64,000 nucleotides of DNA from Escherichia coli (GTDB lineage: Bacteria > Pseudomonadota > Gammaproteobacteria > Enterobacterales > Enterobacteriaceae): assembly GCF_044324785.1 (NCBI RefSeq), contig NZ_CP172127.1; one strand, written 5' to 3'. Of the stretch, positions 59,233-64,000 are shown piece by piece. The notes beneath the pieces were generated by a model. The model made no database searches and was not told the DNA's origin. It was given only the letters and a program-made list of their open reading frames with translations. The position numbers were made by a program, and so were the translations under genes. The stretch's first letter is position 1; every line of letters begins with the position of its first letter.

Positions 59233-59493
59233 ATGAAAAAGTGCCTCACACTACTGATTGCCACCGTCCTGAGCGGAATCTCTCTCACGGCTTATGCCGC
59301 GCAACCGATGAGTAACCTGGACAGCGGTCAGCTACGGCCCGCCGGTACCGTTTCGGCAACTGGCGCATCAAACCTAAGCGATCTGGAGGATAAACTGGCA
59401 GAAAAAGCGCGCGAGCAAGGCGCGAAAGGTTATGTCATTAATTCCGCAGGCGGAAATGACCAGATGTTCGGTACTGCAACCATCTACAAATAA
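59233..59493 (+). CDS. mcbA: McbA (YbiM), small periplasmic DUF1471 protein, 86 aa
   Basis: MKKCLTLLIATVLSGISLTAYAAQPMSNLDSGQLRPAGTVSATGASNLSDLEDKLAEKAREQGAKGYVINSAGGNDQMFGTATIYK; paralogous to YbiJ in the same window. Confidence 0.82.
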   Translation: MKKCLTLLIATVLSGISLTAYAAQPMSNLDSGQLRPAGTVSATGASNLSDLEDKLAEKAREQGAKGYVINSAGGNDQMFGTATIYK

Positions 59494-59626
59494 CCCCACC
59501 AACGTAACTGCATTCGCCTCTGGATGCAGTTTTCGCCTGTTTTGTAATCAAAAAACATCAAATATGAACGCAATGTAAATAAATGTATTTCTTTTTCGCG
59601 CAATGGGTGATAGAAAATCGCGCCAA

Positions 59627-59657
59627 GTGATAATGCTTATCAAAATTATTATCACTT
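59627..59657 (+). promoter_or_regulatory. Fur box in the fiu promoter (gtgataatgcttatcaaaattattatcac)
   Basis: Matches the GATAATGATAATCATTATC Fur consensus in overlapping hexamers; fiu is an established Fur-regulated gene. Confidence 0.7.
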
Positions 59658-59757
59658 GCACGAACACTATCACGAGATTAACAGTGGCATCGCATCCGCA
59701 GAGAGGCTTTCTCGTGGCAGTGAAAATTTCAACATATAAGAAAAAGTCACCTGCAAA

Positions 59758-62040
59758 ATGGAAAACAATCGCAATTTCCCTGCCAGACAATTTCATTCGC
59801 TCACGTTCTTTGCCGGTCTTTGTATTGGCATCACGCCTGTGGCTCAGGCACTCGCCGCCGAAGGGCAAGCAAACGCGGATGACACGCTGGTTGTCGAAGC
59901 ATCAACGCCTTCGCTTTATGCGCCACAACAATCTGCTGATCCGAAATTCTCGCGTCCGGTAGCGGATACTACCCGCACGATGACGGTGATTTCTGAACAA
60001 GTGATTAAAGATCAGGGCGCAACCAACCTTACCGACGCGCTCAAAAACGTCCCCGGCGTGGGTGCGTTTTTTGCGGGTGAGAACGGTAACTCCACCACTG
60101 GCGACGCCATTTATATGCGTGGTGCCGATACCTCTAACAGTATTTATATTGATGGCATTCGCGATATCGGCAGCGTCTCGCGCGACACCTTCAATACCGA
60201 GCAGGTCGAAGTGATTAAAGGGCCGTCCGGCACCGACTACGGGCGCAGCGCACCGACGGGCTCGATCAATATGATCAGCAAGCAGCCGCGCAATGACTCA
60301 GGCATTGACGCCTCCGCGAGTATTGGCAGCGCCTGGTTCCGCCGCGGCACGCTGGACGTCAATCAGGTCATTGGTGATACCACTGCGGTGCGCCTGAATG
60401 TGATGGGTGAAAAAACGCACGATGCCGGACGCGACAAAGTCAAAAATGAGCGTTACGGCGTCGCCCCTTCTGTCGCTTTTGGCCTTGGCACAGCGAATCG
60501 TTTGTATCTTAATTATCTACATGTCACCCAGCACAACACGCCAGACGGCGGCATTCCGACCATCGGTTTGCCGGGCTATTCTGCCCCATCTGCGGGAGCG
60601 GCGGCCCTGAATCATTCCGGAAAAGTAGATACGCATAACTTTTATGGCACGGATTCCGATTACGACGATTCGACCACCGATACCGCTACCATGCGTTTTG
60701 AGCACGATATCAACGATAACACCACCATTCGCAATACTACCCGTTGGTCGCGCGTGAAGCAGGATTACCTGATGACGGCGATTATGGGCGGGGCGTCGAA
60801 TATTACCCAGCCCACCAGCGATGTGAATAGCTGGACCTGGTCACGCACGGCGAATACTAAAGATGTGAGTAATAAAATTCTCACCAACCAGACCAACCTG
60901 ACCTCGACGTTCTATACCGGTTCTATCGGTCATGATGTCAGTACCGGCGTGGAATTTACCCGTGAAACGCAGACTAACTACGGCGTTAATCCGGTGACGT
61001 TACCTGCGGTAAATATTTATCATCCTGACAGCAGCATTCATCCCGGCGGCCTGACGCGCAACGGCGCAAACGCCAATGGTCAGACGGATACCTTCGCAAT
61101 TTACGCTTTCGATACGCTGCAAATCACCCGTGATTTTGAGCTGAACGGCGGGATCCGTCTGGATAATTATCATACTGAATATGACAGTGCCACCGCCTGC
61201 GGCGGCAGCGGACGCGGTGCCATCACCTGCCCTGCTGGCGTGGCAAAAGGTTCTCCGGTCACCACCGTCGATACCGCCAAGTCGGGCAATCTGGTGAACT
61301 GGAAAGCCGGGGCGCTGTATCACCTGACGGAAAACGGCAATGTCTATATTAACTATGCTGTTTCCCAGCAGCCTCCGGGCGGCAACAACTTCGCCCTTGC
61401 GCAGTCTGGCAGCGGTAACAGTGCCAACCGCACCGATTTTAAACCGCAAAAAGCCAACACCAGCGAGATTGGCACCAAATGGCAGGTTCTGGATAAACGC
61501 CTGTTGCTCACCGCCGCGCTGTTCCGTACTGATATCGAAAATGAAGTTGAGCAAAATGATGACGGAACTTACTCGCAATACGGTAAGAAACGCGTCGAAG
61601 GCTATGAGATATCCGTGGCCGGGAATATCACTCCCGCGTGGCAGGTGATTGGCGGCTATACCCAGCAAAAAGCAACCATCAAAAACGGCAAAGATGTTGC
61701 CCAGGATGGTTCCTCATCGCTGCCGTATACCCCGGAGCACGCCTTTACCTTATGGAGCCAGTATCAGGCAACCGATGATATTTCCGTTGGTGCGGGCGCA
61801 CGCTATATCGGCAGTATGCATAAAGGTTCTGACGGCGCGGTGGGAACGCCAGCGTTTACCGAAGGTTATTGGGTCGCCGACGCTAAACTGGGGTATCGGG
61901 TTAATCGCAATCTCGACTTCCAGCTAAACGTCTACAACCTGTTTGATACCGATTACGTCGCCTCAATCAACAAGAGCGGCTACCGTTATCACCCGGGCGA
62001 GCCAAGAACCTTCCTGCTCACGGCCAATATGCATTTCTGA
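59758..62040 (+). CDS. fiu: TonB-dependent catecholate siderophore receptor Fiu (760 aa)
   Basis: Signal peptide, plug domain and beta-barrel ending ...[11 protein letters not shown] (C-terminal aromatic residue) match Fiu. Confidence 0.9.
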   Translation: MENNRNFPARQFHSLTFFAGLCIGITPVAQALAAEGQANADDTLVVEASTPSLYAPQQSADPKFSRPVADTTRTMTVISEQVIKDQGATNLTDALKNVPGVGAFFAGENGNSTTGDAIYMRGADTSNSIYIDGIRDIGSVSRDTFNTEQVEVIKGPSGTDYGRSAPTGSINMISKQPRNDSGIDASASIGSAWFRRGTLDVNQVIGDTTAVRLNVMGEKTHDAGRDKVKNERYGVAPSVAFGLGTANRLYLNYLHVTQHNTPDGGIPTIGLPGYSAPSAGAAALNHSGKVDTHNFYGTDSDYDDSTTDTATMRFEHDINDNTTIRNTTRWSRVKQDYLMTAIMGGASNITQPTSDVNSWTWSRTANTKDVSNKILTNQTNLTSTFYTGSIGHDVSTGVEFTRETQTNYGVNPVTLPAVNIYHPDSSIHPGGLTRNGANANGQTDTFAIYAFDTLQITRDFELNGGIRLDNYHTEYDSATACGGSGRGAITCPAGVAKGSPVTTVDTAKSGNLVNWKAGALYHLTENGNVYINYAVSQQPPGGNNFALAQSGSGNSANRTDFKPQKANTSEIGTKWQVLDKRLLLTAALFRTDIENEVEQNDDGTYSQYGKKRVEGYEISVAGNITPAWQVIGGYTQQKATIKNGKDVAQDGSSSLPYTPEHAFTLWSQYQATDDISVGAGARYIGSMHKGSDGAVGTPAFTEGYWVADAKLGYRVNRNLDFQLNVYNLFDTDYVASINKSGYRYHPGEPRTFLLTANMHF

Positions 62041-62047
62041 TTCAGAT

Positions 62048-62070
62048 GTGGGGCGCAGGCCCCACTTTTT
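62048..62070 (+). terminator. Hairpin between fiu and ybiX (gtggggcgcaggccccac + ttttt)
   Basis: Seen directly; probably a partial terminator inside the fiu-ybiX operon. Confidence 0.5.
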
Positions 62071-62081
62071 GGAGAACTTGT

Positions 62082-62759
62082 ATGATGTACCACATTCCCG
62101 GCGTGCTATCGCCAAAGGACGTCGCCCGTTTTCGCGAACAACTGGAACAAGCCGAATGGGTGGATGGACGCGTCACCACTGGCGCACAAGGTGCGCAAGT
62201 TAAGAACAATCAACAGGTAGACACCCGCAGCACGTTATACGCCGCCCTGCAAAATGAGGTGCTGAACGCGGTTAACCAACATGCTTTGTTCTTTGCCGCG
62301 GCCTTACCGCGTACCCTTTCCACGCCGCTGTTTAATCGCTATCAGAACAATGAAACCTATGGTTTTCATGTGGATGGCGCAGTACGCAGTCACCCACAAA
62401 ACGGCTGGATGCGCACTGACCTTTCTGCCACACTGTTTTTAAGCGATCCACAAAGCTACGACGGCGGCGAACTGGTCGTTAATGACACCTTCGGACAACA
62501 TCGGGTAAAACTCCCGGCAGGCGATCTGGTGTTGTATCCCTCCAGCAGCTTGCATTGCGTGACACCCGTAACCCGCGGCGTACGAGTGGCATCATTTATG
62601 TGGATCCAGTCGATGATCCGTGATGATAAAAAGCGCGCCATGCTGTTTGAACTGGACAACAATATTCAGTCGCTGAAAAGCCGCTACGGCGAAAGTGAAG
62701 AGATCCTGTCGCTGCTCAATCTTTATCATAATCTGCTGCGGGAATGGTCGGAGATCTGA
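62082..62759 (+). CDS. ybiX: YbiX, PKHD-type Fe(II)/2-oxoglutarate-dependent hydroxylase, 225 aa
   Basis: [34 protein letters not shown]... with an HxD...H iron-binding pattern; co-oriented with fiu. Confidence 0.85.
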   Translation: MMYHIPGVLSPKDVARFREQLEQAEWVDGRVTTGAQGAQVKNNQQVDTRSTLYAALQNEVLNAVNQHALFFAAALPRTLSTPLFNRYQNNETYGFHVDGAVRSHPQNGWMRTDLSATLFLSDPQSYDGGELVVNDTFGQHRVKLPAGDLVLYPSSSLHCVTPVTRGVRVASFMWIQSMIRDDKKRAMLFELDNNIQSLKSRYGESEEILSLLNLYHNLLREWSEI

Positions 62760-62832
62760 CGCTTGAACTGCCCGAGTTCGTCCCTATATTAGCTACACTT
62801 AACTGTACAAGTATTGATATGGGGAGGACGAT

Positions 62833-63099
62833 ATGGCATCCGGTTGGGCTAACGATGACGCCGTCAACGAACAGATCAACAGTACAATTGAAGATGCGAT
62901 TGCCCGCGCTCGGGGTGAAATTCCGCGTGGTGAAAGCCTGTATGAATGTGAAGAGTGCGGCGCACCTATCCCACAGGCCCGTCGGGAAGCCATTCCTGGC
63001 GTGCGCTTATGCATTCATTGTCAGCAGGAGAAAGATTTACAAAAACCAGCTTATACAGGATATAATCGCAGAGGTTCGAAAGACAGCCAGTTACGTTAA
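62833..63099 (+). CDS. ybiI: YbiI, DksA/TraR-family C4 zinc-finger protein, 88 aa
   Basis: MASGWANDDAVNEQINSTIEDAIARARGEIPRGESLYECEECGAPIPQARREAIPGVRLCIHCQQEKDLQK with a CxxC...CxxC finger. Confidence 0.85.
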   Translation: MASGWANDDAVNEQINSTIEDAIARARGEIPRGESLYECEECGAPIPQARREAIPGVRLCIHCQQEKDLQKPAYTGYNRRGSKDSQLR

Positions 63100-63363
63100 C
63101 TACAACTGGCGGGATGTATAGCGAGTATAATTTGTATTTTGCGTGGCATTCCGTGCCTTTAACGCTGTCGTGACTGCCACGCTGCATAAAACAAGTCCAT
63201 AAGTTCAACAAATAAATGGATTATCAGTATGTTAGATATCAATCAATTTATTTGAACAAGGCGGTCAATTCTCTTCGATTTTATCTCTCGAAAAAAAACG
63301 TGATACTCATCACATCGACGAAACAACGTCACTTATACAAAAATCACCTGCGAGAGATTAATT

Positions 63364-63624
63364 ATGAAAACTATCAATACTGTTGTTGCTGCTATGGCTC
63401 TTTCAACTCTGTCATTTGGCGTGTTTGCCGCGGAACCGGTAACGGCATCCCAGGCACAGAACATGAATAAAATCGGCGTGGTTTCTGCCGATGGCGCATC
63501 CACCCTCGATGCCCTGGAAGCGAAACTGGCTGAGAAAGCTGCGGCAGCTGGGGCGAGTGGATACAGCATCACTTCTGCCACCAACAACAATAAATTAAGC
63601 GGTACTGCGGTAATTTATAAGTAA
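63364..63624 (+). CDS. ybiJ: YbiJ, periplasmic DUF1471 protein, 86 aa
   Basis: MKTINTVVAAMALSTLSFGVFAAEPVTASQAQNMNKIGVVSADGASTLDALEAKLAEKAAAAGASGYSITSATNNNKLSGTAVIYK. Confidence 0.85.
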   Translation: MKTINTVVAAMALSTLSFGVFAAEPVTASQAQNMNKIGVVSADGASTLDALEAKLAEKAAAAGASGYSITSATNNNKLSGTAVIYK

Positions 63625-63734
63625 TTCGTAAGCCGGATCAGTCGTTTACGCTACGTCCAGCACAAGTATTTCCCTGTCTGTTTGCCGACAGACGCATATG
63701 CTCTAACCCTCATTGATCCTATATTACCCTTGTT

Positions 63735-63762
63735 TGCCCGTCCGTTACTGGACGGGCTTTTT
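63735..63762 (+). terminator. ybiJ intrinsic terminator (gcccgtccgttactggacgggc + tttttt)
   Basis: Perfect hairpin plus T-run seen directly. Confidence 0.75.
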
Positions 63763-63765
63763 TGT

Positions 63766-64000
63766 GCACAGAAAACCCCCAGCTAGGCTGGGGGTTCCGG
63801 AAAGCTTTCAGCTTTGAGCCAGTTATTAAAACCCCTTTTGATTTGTTAAAACACCTTGCGGTCTGGCAACTGCAAGTGTCAAACAAGAAATCAAAAGGGG
63901 GTCCCAATGGGGGACGAAAAGAGCTTAGCGCACACCCGCTGGAACTGTAAATATCACATAGTTTTTGCGCCGAAATACCGAAGACTGGCGTTTTACGGAG
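63766..64000 (+). mobile_element. Left end of an IS200 insertion sequence (IS200/IS605 family), truncated by the window end
   Basis: Two hairpins characteristic of the IS200 left end (cccccagctaggctggggg, then a stem sequestering the RBS: ccccttttgatttgtt...aacaagaaatcaaaaggggg) followed by the tnpA start; IS200 is absent from K-12 as far as I recall. Confidence 0.75.
63907..64000 (+). CDS. tnpA: IS200 transposase TnpA (HUH Y1 transposase), N-terminal 31 codons only
   Basis: Translation MGDEKSLAHTRWNCKYHIVFAPKYRRLAFYG matches the conserved IS200 TnpA N-terminus. Confidence 0.8.
   Translation, partial: MGDEKSLAHTRWNCKYHIVFAPKYRRLAFYG

Noticed and set aside
59548-59962. ORFs of 106 and 119 aa in the mcbA-fiu intergenic region
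   Set aside because: They cover the Fur box and fiu promoter; AT-rich region with no coding signature
63216-63950. Small ORFs (62-86 aa) overlapping ybiJ, its upstream region and the IS200 left end
   Set aside because: Out of frame with or antisense to ybiJ; the ORF 63762..63950 spans the IS200 hairpins and is not the transposase frame

Overview
This window is an Escherichia coli chromosomal segment that I recognise gene by gene from the translated ORFs. It is collinear with the K-12 interval ybiJ...potH (reference genes b0802-b0857, about 18-19 min) but presented as the reverse complement, running potH -> potG -> potF -> ybjN -> rimK -> nfsA -> ybjC -> grxA ... gsiDCBA -> iaaA -> moeAB -> fsaA -> pflEF -> ybiV -> ybiU -> [insert] -> ybiT -> ldtB -> ybiR -> mntR -> mntS -> opgE -> ompX -> rhtA -> dps -> glnHPQ -> ybiO -> rlmF -> mcbA -> fiu -> ybiX -> ybiI -> ybiJ -> IS200. 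Almost all of it is ordinary core genome; I find no CRISPR array, tRNA, rRNA, prophage or recognisable defence system. Three things differ from the K-12 layout as I remember it: (1) a roughly 5 kb, three-gene accessory locus (LacI-family regulator, anion:cation-symporter-type MFS transporter, GH31 alpha-glycosidase) inserted between the convergent 3' ends of ybiU and ybiT; (2) an in-frame amber codon at codon 205 of the c-di-GMP phosphodiesterase gene pdeI (yliE), splitting it into two ORFs; (3) the left end of an IS200 element directly after the ybiJ terminator at the window edge. The accessory glycosidase locus is the best candidate for something under-characterised, but it is a modest carbohydrate-utilisation cassette, not a large novel system. 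Known small RNAs and regulatory sites (RybB with its sigma-E promoter, MntS with MntR operators, the sigma-54 glnHp2 promoter with NtrC sites, the Fur box of fiu) are read directly from the sequence. All gene names come from my recall of E. coli protein sequences; no database search was run, and true start codons were chosen by matching remembered protein N-termini, not the longest ORF.
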